A DNA stretch of 33,717 nt from Octopus bimaculoides. Taxonomy: Eukaryota. Positions 12,746-22,323 of the stretch are shown piece after piece. Under the pieces are notes generated by a model that saw only the letters and a program-made list of their open reading frames with translations, had not been told where the DNA came from and searched no databases. The translations under genes and the position numbers were made by a program. The DNA lies in the NCBI RefSeq assembly GCF_001194135.2, contig NC_068982.1, positions 113,861,021 to 113,894,737 of the forward strand, given 5' to 3'. Every line of letters begins with the position of its first letter. Positions within the stretch are counted from its first letter, which is position 1.

Positions 12746-13066
12746 CTCCGTCGGTTTCGAAGGAGAATATTCAGTCATTCAATCAACTGAATTACTTGCT
12801 CATTGAAGTAGCGTGTACTCCACAGACACATGTACTGTTTAACTTAATTCTCAAGTTGAATCAACATAAGGCAGTGCGTCAAAGTTGAATATTTTATTTA
12901 CCGGAACACTCCATCCGACAGACTTCCAATATGTCTAAATCCACTTCCACTCATAAGGGTTGGATGAACTCTATATTATGGTAAGCAACACATTCTCAAG
13001 ATATATCGCAGTGGGACCGAACCTGGAACGTCATGATTGCAGAACTAACTTAAACATACGGCCATA
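12746..13066 (-). mobile_element. Degraded tRNA-derived SINE
   Basis: The tail ctccgtcgg...ctccacagacacatgtac...ttaacttaattctc matches 21947-22070 (ctccgtcgtttacg...ctccacagacacgtgtacccttaacgtagttctc). A B-box-like gggaccgaacctgg lies at ~13014-13027. The copy starts ~30 bp from the mariner's right TIR. Confidence 0.7.
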
Positions 13067-13282
13067 TTGTAGCCTTAAAATTCACTAAGTGATGTTTTTA
13101 TTTTTCTTTCTGTATTTAGCATTTATTTTCTCTCGTCAAAATCCTGATATTGTTGACAACTTCAGTATAAAATTCCTCCGTGATCCTTTGATTCTAATAC
13201 TCAGCTTATAATATATGGCAGCCAGATTATCTAGATATTCTATCTACAATTATTTATTATTCATACAAGTGTGTATAATACA

Positions 13283-13375
<93 letters not shown>

Positions 13376-13377
13376 CC
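13283..13377. repeat. (CT)n(CA)n(CACG)n(CA)n microsatellite
   Basis: Directly visible in the sequence. Confidence 0.95.
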
Positions 13378-13513
13378 GTTATTAGCCCTGAGAGATTCTC
13401 TCATATAGGCGCTTGTTGTATTAAAGCACACGCATAGATTCTCGTCTGTTACGATCTCTGCGTACTTTTATACACCAAACGCCTATATGAGAGGATTTCT
13501 CAAGGCTAATAAC
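13378..13513. repeat. Imperfect inverted repeat: ~60-bp arms, 14-nt loop
   Basis: gttattagccctgagagattctctcatataggcgcttgttgta (from 13378) versus the reverse complement of the right arm, gttattagccttgagaaatcctctcatataggcgtttggtgta: 5 mismatches in the outer 43 bp. Pairing continues to ...gcatagat/atctctgc. The loop is tctcgtctgttacg (13440-13453). Confidence 0.93.
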
Positions 13514-13945
13514 CCAGTCTTCGGTGTTCTAACACACCAACTATGTTAAGAGGTATATAAAGATTGCTTTTAGGTATTCATAATGCTTCCGTCACTAATA
13601 ATTCATTTTCACTAAACCTACTGGCTATTTGCGACGTCGATTTTGAAAAGATGCTGATATTTTATATATCGTAGTATCTAGGTTTGGCTGGCATCCGGTG
13701 ACCGGACGCTTCCATCTGATGATTTCCCGTAAAATGAAATCGCGTGATAAGGGAATTCCATCGCCCATGACAGACTATTCTCGTCTGTTACGATCTATGT
13801 GTGTGCTTTTTTACACCAAGCACCTATTTGAGTGGATCACAAGGACATTAACTCTGTATTCGGTGTATTAACAAGGCATCCATTATTAGTTGGATGTAAA
13901 GATTATCTTTTGGTATCAATACTGCTTCTCTCGCTAGCAATTAAT
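13438..13945. repeat. Diverged direct repeat: ~170-bp units at 13438-13605 and 13778-13945 (period 340 bp)
   Basis: Both units start attctcgtctgttacgatct and share tacaccaa, ttcggtgt, taaagatt, ttt(a/t)ggtat and tgcttc in register. Confidence 0.85.
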
Positions 13946-14146
13946 ATATATATTCATATATAAGTCTGACGAAGTCTAGTAAGTTGAAGCTTCGAAGTCA
14001 CAGTCACCTCTCTTGTAAAAGTTTAATAAATATTTACTCTACTTATAAAGTATTGAGTAATTCTTAAGTTTAATATTAAATTGTTTTTATTGACATAAAG
14101 AAACAAACATTAAGTTATAGATAGACAAATAGATGGCTGGATATAT

Positions 14147-14317
14147 NNNNNNNNNNNNNNNNNNNNNNNNNNNNNNNNNNNNNNNNNNNNNNNNNNNNNN
14201 NNNNNNNNNNNNNNNNNNNNNNNNNNNNNNNNNNNNNNNNNNNNNNNNNNNNNNNNNNNNNNNNNNNNNNNNNNNNNNNNNNNNNNNNNNNNNNNNNNNN
14301 NNNNNNNNNNNNNNNNN
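14147..14317. other. Assembly gap (171 N)
   Basis: N run. Confidence 0.99.
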
Positions 14318-15249
14318 CGAACCGATTTTCAAATGGCCGCAGCTCAATATCTTAAACGAATAAAAGAAAGTGGGGAAACAGGTTTGGGAGGAAAATAAAG
14401 TAATGTATTGAGTATTAATTTTATGTTATATTTTAATTGGTAAGACATTAATTTCATTGGTTACAGATTTTCAACAGACTATTGGTTCACTGCATTTCTG
14501 AGGGTGTCGGCGACATGGGAGTGTTACCGGTTTTTCTATTTCTTGCCGATATTCTAAAACCACGTTGTTGCTGAGTGAACTTTTTGCTTATCAGTTCTTA
14601 TTAATATAGACGTAAGTAAGGTTATTAACTAAACAGTCATGCTTACGTCCACATTAATAACGACTGATATGAAGAAAAAAATATGAAAATATTAAGTGAA
14701 TTAAAAGTGTGGTTTTCCATTAACCATGCAGTTTCCGCCTGTGGTTTGATCTCACTGGCTTCACTATTTTCAAGAATAGACCGATCGAATGTACTGAAGA
14801 TAGAAATAATGAAGTTAATAACCTGAACATTTCATTCCATTCTCATTCGTAAGTACCCCGAAGTAAATATTTCATAACATTCTAAGACATTTAATGGCAA
14901 TTACCTCACGCATTTTCGCGCTCTGCTGGATAAAGAAAACCGATGCATGTGCGGCGTAAACCACTGCAACCGGCTCGGTTAGATACGTAACGGAGTTTAA
15001 GTGTTCCTGATTCTGCCTGAATACAATTATGAAGTAAACGCACTGCTATAACAAGTCTTAATGGTCCAAGATACCCTTTAATGGGCTCATACAACTCCTC
15101 GTTCAGACTGTTAAAGTTTTGGTCTTTTGTTTTATCATTTTGTCAAGTAAGGAAGGTCAACGTTCATGCCATTATTTCTCAAGGTCTTCGTGACTGGTGG
15201 GAAGAAGGGGTGGTGTTATCGTCAAACTGGAAACCTATCTTGAATACTT

Positions 15250-15700
15250 GCAACAGAGTAAACACCATTAAAGGCAGTCAGGGACCAGGTGGTATAGTGA
15301 AATCGGTCCATGTATTAAGTCTACGACTCAAAAACTCAGACCGACTGAAAGACTTGGCACTTACTGACGACTTCTTAGATATTAGATACGCCGACAATCC
15401 TCGCTTCCACGATATTTAACTTAATAAACATTAACTTGTTCGAGGAATTATGTAAAATATGAGGTATGAAGATAAGTGGTGTAAGGTGCAAGATGATGTT
15501 AACTTTCAATTAAATGATCGCACTGGATGATTCTTATATATTTCTCAGTGCAATACCAAATGGTTCGCAAGGCTTTAGTTTACTAGCAATTACAGTGTTT
15601 GGAAAACTAAGAAACAAGTAAGCTATCATGCAATGACTCAAAGGTAGGCTGTAGATCACCTTCATTTTCCCAATCGCAAAATACACCTCGGAAATGTGAA
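15250..15700 (+). mobile_element. Decayed non-LTR retrotransposon RT fragment (RTE-like)
   Basis: DIRYADN (15378-15398, corresponding to the YADD motif) is followed ~25 codons later, after a frameshift, by ELCKI*GMKISGVRCKMM (G.KIN..K.K.M motif). Later VDH...HLGNV resembles V..F.YLGS. Confidence 0.55.
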
Positions 15701-15872
15701 CCCTAAAATCAAAAGATAATCCAAGTTTTTGAATTGTCATGTTCACTGCCATCGAGATTTATTTTAATAAGAAAGGCTCTTCACAGAGCCTTATTATATA
15801 GGTAATACTGAAGGAAGAAACGGGAAAAGTCACGCGAATCTTGCTGACATTTTACCAAGAAACCACACCCCA

Positions 15873-15926
15873 TACCGTACGGTATATATATTTATATATA
15901 CCGTACGGTATATATATTTATATATA
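15873..15926. repeat. Two tandem 26-bp units containing the palindrome TATACCGTACGGTATA
   Basis: taccgtacggtatatatatttatata occurs twice, giving a 24-bp perfect palindrome at 15893-15916. Confidence 0.9.
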
Positions 15927-15954
15927 ACGACTAAAACTCTACAGAGTTTCATGC

Positions 15955-16310
15955 GAATCTCCTATGGACTGCACCCATCTCTCTTCTGTCAAATCGCAGT
16001 ATTGTCACGTTTGTTGACAATGTTCTTTCTGTCTACTATACTATCAATTCCGGCATGCTTCAAGATTCACTCTCTTCCTTCTGTGCATCAATGATTTGCT
16101 GTTACATCCAATAACACCCAATCTTACTCAGATGTTACTAATCTTCACTCCTCTCTCACTTTCCCCAACCGTGCATTATTCACTTGTAACCAACACCTTA
16201 TACACAAAATTGGTTCCATGAAAAGAGACTTTGAAAGCATCTTATAATGAGTATACGCCTATCTTTTCTTAGTCAACAGTAAGAAAACGCAAACCTATTC
16301 ATTGTCAAGG
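15955..16310 (+). mobile_element. Decayed LINE RT fragment (CR1/L2/Jockey group; clade unresolved)
   Basis: Reading across frameshifts: SYGLHPSL / SLLSNRSIVTFVDNVLSVYYTINSGMLQDS / FLLCINDLL / TSNNTQSYSDVTNLHSS / VNSKKTQ. These are collinear with the RT motifs SFLS.RSI..VVDG..S....INSGVPQGSVL.P.LFL.FINDL...SYADD.TLH.S and N..KTQ. Confidence 0.8.
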
Positions 16311-16339
16311 CAGTATTTTCATGCCCCTCAATCATAAGA

Positions 16340-16383
<44 letters not shown>

Positions 16384-16410
16384 NNNNNNNNNNTTTTTTT
16401 TTTTTTTTTA
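16340..16410. repeat. (ATT)n microsatellite, 10-N gap (16384-16393) and poly-T
   Basis: Directly visible in the sequence. Confidence 0.93.
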
Positions 16411-16762
16411 CTGATTACTTATTTCTTTACAAAAATTTCGACGAATATCTCACCTATTCTTCTACCAATATGTTTTTGAGTCATTTAACTTCTGACCAAT
16501 TTATCATTCGGCCAATGTGTTTATTGAGGAATGTTCCCAAAGCTTTACACGTGTTCTTTTGTCCGTGTGTGTGTGTCTCTGTGTGTGTGTGTGTTTGTGC
16601 GCCTGCACCTGCGCGTTTTTATGTTATATATGAATGTCTATATAGACATGAATGTATGTATGTATGTACGTACAATATATTGATTGATATTTGAAACCCT
16701 CTGCCTGAAGTAAGTGGCTAAGTGAATCGACAATTAGCCGAGTTCTAAATTAAATACCATTC

Positions 16763-17013
16763 TTACATTACATTATTTACATTTGACGGATATTTGTCCT
16801 CATCTCCTTTGTTGTTAACACAATGTTTCGGCTGATATACCCTCCAGCCTTCATCAGGTCTTGGTGAAATTTCGAAACTGGGTTCTTATTCCTAAGGTAT
16901 TTTTCGATGTTATTATTATTATTGTTATCATTATTATTATTATTCATGTCACTACCTGGAATCGAACTCGGAATCTTGGGGTTAGTAGCCCGCACTCTTA
17001 ACCACTGCGCCAT
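16763..17013 (-). mobile_element. tRNA-derived SINE-like element with an internal (AAT)n spacer and a hammerhead-bearing 3' module
   Basis: Minus-strand head tggcgcagtggttaagagtgcgggctactaaccccaagattccgagttcgattccagg (A-box 17001-17012, B-box 16958-16969, anticodon-like loop ctACTaa). It is followed by (AAT)n at ~16910-16945, then ...caagacCTGATGAaggctg..cagccGAAAc..., and ends in aatgta repeats. Confidence 0.8.
16815..16863 (-). ncRNA. Minimal type I hammerhead ribozyme motif (Penelope-type), probably mutated in this copy
   Basis: Minus strand 5'-aagac CUGAUGA a GGCUG gaggguauau CAGCC GAAA cauu gugUU-3'. The core CUGAUGA is at 16857-16851, stem II is a perfect 5 bp, and GAAA is at 16829-16826. 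Stem I has 4/5 pairs. Stem III reads CAUU where the palindromic AACGUU typical of dimer-forming minimal hammerheads would be expected; a single CpG transition explains the difference. Confidence 0.72.
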
Positions 17014-17419
17014 AATAATGTTCTTAATGAGCGGTCACCGATGGAAAAATTCGGCTAAAATGTTTTACAGTGTTTTGTTTCATCCCTCTAAGTTTGCGAT
17101 TGTTCCTTATCGTGGTTCATGTCATCTTTCAAACCTGCAAAAGAAATTGATATTTATATGCATTGGCCAAGCACAAAGCCTATGCTTTATAGTTGGGAGA
17201 AATATCGGAAAATATACGTGTACCCATGTTTTCCTAGCTGTATGAACGAAATTGATTGAATGAACAGAATGAGCGCAAAAAGAGAATTTATTTCCTAATT
17301 ATTTCCTTTACATCTATTTCATGTGTAACACACAGAGAAATGCCTGAATCAACGCGCAATTTGTAGCCTCTCGTAAAATAAGACTTGGTATTTTAACTCA
17401 AGGTGAGACCTGTTTTGTT

Positions 17420-17690
17420 CTTACGCTGCTTGGTTTCTACCGTCTTTCCAAAAAGTAGTGGACTTATGATAACAGGCTGAAGACTGGCTACAGCGGAATA
17501 TTGGTTATCCTACATTGACAGGGTATGTCGTGTATCCTCTACACGCCCAGCATGTCAGATATCCCAACAAAGGTCATATCATCTGGTGTTGTACTGTCCG
17601 GCTACTCCGACCTGCAGGTGGGGATATGGAACAATCTGGGAATTTGCGAGTTAAACATCGACTAGTAAGACATCATATGAAACAGCAACC
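17420..17690 (+). mobile_element. Possible decayed RTE LINE 3' portion
   Basis: LH*QGMSCILYTPSMSDIPTKVISSGVVLSG weakly resembles the RTE C-terminal LRW.GHV.RM...RIPK.IL.GEL..G motif. Confidence 0.3.
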
Positions 17691-17849
17691 ACTTCACTGA
17701 CTTTCTCTGAAGATGCAAAGTGGTGTTCATTTTCCTTCCTTTTCTGGGTTTTTTAATTTTTTATTTTTTTAAATATAAACTAATCTGAAATGAATTTTGT
17801 ATGACATCTGGCTAAGAAACCATTTAAATATGTTGAACCAATAAAGGAA

Positions 17850-18030
17850 CCTTTCTGTGAATGTTCGACTTGCAAAAAATAGCTATTAAATTTCCCTCAA
17901 ATCCAACGCTATCGTCTTAAACAAGAGGATACATTAAGTGATGAAGACGACGGAGAGTGTTTTCGACTGAGATACCTTAGATCATGGGTTTGCTGAATCA
18001 GACTAACCTGTGGTTGAACAACAACATGAA
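17850..18030 (+). mobile_element. Degraded interspersed repeat (SINE-like, ending in aacaacaac)
   Basis: cgacttgcaaaaaatagctattaaatttccctcaaatcc has a weak opposite-strand counterpart at ~25445-25490 (gggcgtaattattgaagatttgattcttatttctagcagatcg). It ends in an (AAC)-type tail. Confidence 0.45.
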
Positions 18031-20192
18031 TACCTGCTTAATACGCTAGTTTTCATTTTACATATGGATTGAGACATATTGATCCCAGTATTTTTGACGG
18101 AGAGGAGTTATGGGGGTGACATGTTGACAAAAAAGATAAAACTATCGGAACAAATAATGTATTTGTGTATTTATTGTCATCTCTGTGCGTCCTGAGTCTT
18201 TTTGATCACATTTCGAGCGTTAATAAAATAAGTACCTGTAATATACTTCAGTAATATAACTGTTCCTCATAAATATTGACTTTCTGACTAATTAAAGACA
18301 TTTCAAGTTGTCATTAATGGCCAATTTTGTCTACTTATACGCTAATCAACTAAAAAGAAAAATGGATTGTGATAATATGATAATATTTCTGGTGTAAGTG
18401 TGTGAGAAGTTCTGTGAAATTTGGTACTAGGTAATTATTAGTCTTGTGTAAGAAGTGCAAGTAGGAATATATACGCAAAAAGGACTTGTAAGGTGACATA
18501 GTTTTCGAAAAAAGTATTGTTGATTCTGATATTAAAGTCTATCAAGAGAAAACTGGTAGATATAATGCTAAACAATAAAGTTTTATATGCTGTGGAGGTG
18601 ATGAACAGAATTTTATGTTTAAACAACTCGATGGTGAAGAAATTGTAATGATGGGTTAAGAAAGGAAATAATTCCTGTTTACCATTGTATTTTAAATCAT
18701 TAGTTTTATTTATTTGTTTCATAAATGATCAATGTTCAGACATATTTTCCTTGTTTCCTGAAACATTTTTATAAAAAAGAAAAAAATCTTCCTAACCTTA
18801 TAATGTTACCCTACCATTAGTCAAGAAATGAGCTCAGTAAAACGAAACAATAATATGGTACTTCAAAAAATCGCCAGACAAGTTAGTACCTATCAATTTC
18901 GAACTATATTGATTTTATTTGTTTTGTTGCCCTTCCGTATTATACATCGTTAAAATAATCGTATGGGATAAAATGGATAAAATTAGAAAATATTTATTCA
19001 CATCTAAAACTTATAATAAAACAATTGGATGAATCTGCTAGACAACATGATTTAAAACTACTTCTGACAATGTAATCATTTCTTTCGCCTTTTCAGGTAC
19101 ACAGATGCACTTGGATATCCACTTATTCCCAAATATTTCTTATTTTCAATTAATTTTTATTATTCTTCAATCTGTATCAGTTTTCTTTTTATCATATTGC
19201 TGTTTCTTTTATTCCACAGTTTGTTTTTTTTTTTAATTTTTCCAATCCTTCAATATTGCTATTAATTCGATCTACATTTTCCCCATATCTATTCTTTATA
19301 ATTTCACAAAACTTCATCCTATGACGCAGTTCTATATATTTATATGTATTGCCTTTTCGTATTTACTAATATATTTACTCATTCCTTATAAATAGCTATT
19401 TCACATTCCTAAATCGAAGTAGGGGATGGATAAAATCATTTTACTTTTGTTCATCCTCTTTTCGATTTATGCTTCCAGCCAACATACAATATGTAATTTA
19501 AATTTACTCCGTTTTGCCAGATTTATTAAAACCTCTTTTACTTATATTTCATTGTTAGAGACATCAGTCGTAACAATATTGCATGTAAATCATTACCAAT
19601 TAAACTAAGAATTTAAAAAAGAAAAAAAAAAGAAAAATATGCGTCATATATTTAAATCTGGTAATCTCAAAATATTCCAGTCATTGGTATTTTGCATTAT
19701 TAAAATACTGTTCTTAGAATATGATCATTAATGAGTATCTATTGAAAGGTGATTATCTTATCTATGGTGATGTTTTAACACCACCACCCCACACACACAC
19801 ATACACATGTATATAATATGGCCATCAGTGTATCATACTAAATGTACACACACCGTTAGAAGGCATGAGGTTAATGAAATTGTCCGAGATGAAAAATCTC
19901 TTCATAGATTTGTTTTAAAACACGATATATATCGGCGCGAGACGGACATTGTCCCTGCAGTAACTCACGAGAGCGACACAGTTAGCCTCTTTTGAAGCTT
20001 GTCAATGTCGTGCACTTGATATACACACCTTTATACCACTGTTACATGATTCACTTCTTTTCTGTACATATTCAACTTGAACCGTTACAACTTTCTACAT
20101 TTCTGTCGAGATTTGAACTAGAAAGATACAGAGACAAGTTTAAGAACTATAAATTATTTATTTCGACTCTCGAAATTGCTTAGATAAATATT

Positions 20193-20525
20193 TATTTCTG
20201 TATTGCCCACAGAGGGCTAAACATAGAGGGAACAAACAAGGACAGACAAAGGGATTAAGTCGATTACATTGACCCCAGTGCGTAACTGGGGCTTATTTAA
20301 TCGACCCCGAAAGGATGAAAGGCAAAGTCGACCTCGGCGGAATTTGAACTCGGAATGTAACGGCAGATGAAATACCGCTAAGCATTTCGCCCGGCGTGCT
20401 AATGATTCTTATTTCTTTATTGCCTACAGGGGGCTAAAGATAGAGGGGATAAAGAAGGACAGACGAAGGTATTAAGTCGATTACATCGACCCCGGCGTGC
20501 TAACGATTCTGCCAGCTCGCCGCCC
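20193..20525 (-). mobile_element. Composite (1.5-mer) tRNA-derived SINE with a 16-bp TSD
   Basis: The TSD tgcttagataaatatt is at 20177-20192 and 20526-20541. Minus strand: head ggcggcgagctggcagaatcgttagcacgccggg joined directly to the tail (gtcgatgtaatcgactta...aataaagaaataa), then a second unit gaatcattagcacgccgggcgaaatgc...gagttcaaattcc (B-box)...gcctttcatcctttcggggtcga...tail. Confidence 0.93.
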
Positions 20526-20776
20526 TGCTTAGATAAATATTACAGATAATGTTATAGGCTTATCCTATATATGACATTGTTTTGACTTTCTCTTCATATT
20601 AGAAGTACATACCTTGTAATAGATACAAAACTAGTTTCTATCAAGATCTCATCATCGTAAATGAATTTTTTCTAATTTAGTGCTCAATTTAAATCTGAGA
20701 CTCCTATTCATAATTCTTACAAAAAAAAATGTATTTTTATGTGTTCGTAATTCTTAATTTACAACTCATACGCGCA

Positions 20777-20779
<3 letters not shown>

Positions 20780-20811
<32 letters not shown>

Positions 20812-20881
20812 TTGTAGATAGATAGATAGATTGATAGATAGATAGATTGATAGATAGATAGATTGATAGATAGATAGATAT
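20780..20881. repeat. (CA)n followed by (GATA)n with a higher-order (GATA)3GATT unit
   Basis: GATT interruptions recur every 16 bp (three times). Confidence 0.92.
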
Positions 20882-21928
20882 ATGTTGTTTAGTTTATTGT
20901 TTATGACAAGAAAGTCTTCAAGTCTAGATAGCAAACGCCCTAAGGGTGAAATATTTAAAGTAAAGTTGTTGACAATTACAACAGTATCGCTGTTTCACTC
21001 CTACGATCTTATGACAAGATACTGTGTGTACGGATGTATATGCGTAAGGGAAACTCATATTATCTGGGGCGTTTTGTTAGCCAACTATCATCCCCAAAGA
21101 GACAAACTTTTTGGGATAGAAGAAATTGTTCAATAAGTTTATATAGTTTTATATTTAGTGCAAATAGAATCTTATCGAATTACACTCAGTTGAGTCCGCT
21201 TAATTGCATATCCTCGATGATTAACATTCTTATACAATTATCCGAATTCACTCAAAAAGCAATAAATGTCTGTAGTAAAATATTGTGGCTGTATTATAAA
21301 TGATTGCGCTATGTAATTAAACAAGAATTAAATTTTTTTTATATATTTATTGTATGTTTTATGTACACATAATTTACTATGATTTGCCTAGTTCAAACCA
21401 TTTTTTTAATGATACGTATTGGCAACGCAATCGTTTGACTTCTTACAAGGTTTTGTAGCTCCCTTTGATATTCTTCAATTACCAAAGTTTATCTAGATTC
21501 AGGCTTCCTGAAAAACCCATCAATGGCTTCTATACATTTTCTATTACTCAGTTATAATAACTAGAATCATGAAGGTTAAGAAAAGTTTTATTGGATCAAT
21601 CCTAAGCGAATGTTACTGATAATGGCAGCAACAAAATGACGCCCGTCCACTTCTTGATTAAAAACTACATTTTTACAAATTTTATCTGTGATGAAAATAT
21701 ATATCTATTAAAGAATATTTTTAATATGCAATGTAAATACGATATATATACACCGACGTCTGAGCTCCGTCAGTCTTTAACTCATGAAAATGGTACTTAA
21801 ATACAATAAGCCGTTTTATCGTCGTTCAGTATTCATCATGAATACTGAAGCATCTCGACTCACTATATTCATACCAGATCAAGTAAATATCTAAATTTAA
21901 GAGACTTCAATTTAAAACTACTTGAACT

Positions 21929-22323
21929 TTTTTTTTTTTTTTGGCACTCCGTCGTTTACGACGTCGAGGGTTCCAGTTGATCCGATCAACGGAACAGCCT
22001 GCTCGTGAAATTAACGTGCAAGTGGCTGAGCACTCCACAGACACGTGTACCCTTAACGTAGTTCTCGGGGATATTCAGCGTGACACAGTGTGACAAGGCT
22101 GGCCCTTTGAATTACAGGTACAACAGAAACAGGAAGAAAGAGTGAGAAAAAGTTGTGGTGAAAGAGTACAGCAGGGTTCGCCACCATCCCCTGCCGGAGC
22201 CTCGTGGAGCTATAGGTGTTTTCGCTCAATAAACACTCACAACGCCCGGTCTGGGAATCGAAACCGCGATCCTATGACCGCGAGTCCGCTGCCCTAACCA
22301 CTGGGTCATTGCGCCTCTACACA
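21929..22323 (-). mobile_element. Full-length, apparently young tRNA-derived SINE with poly(A) tail and TSD
   Basis: Head (minus strand) gtgtagaggcgcaatgacccagtggttagggcagcggactcgcggtcataggatcgcggtttcgattcccag (A-box 22296-22308, B-box 22253-22265). The poly(A) tail is the T-run at 21929-21942. The TSD acttgaact lies at 21920-21928 and 22324-22332. The copy is CpG-rich. Confidence 0.95.

Noticed and set aside
13966-13990. CTGACGA-agtc...GAAG downstream of the repeat
   Set aside because: Stem II is incomplete, there is no GAAA, and stems I and III are absent.
16945-17013. tRNA gene with an ACT anticodon-like loop
   Set aside because: The T-stem is mispaired and there is no proper acceptor stem or terminator; it is a SINE head.
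19081-19260. Strong acceptor ttctttcgccttttcag| followed by YTDALGYPLIPKYF...
   Set aside because: No recognisable protein and no linked upstream exon; the downstream residues reflect T-rich composition.
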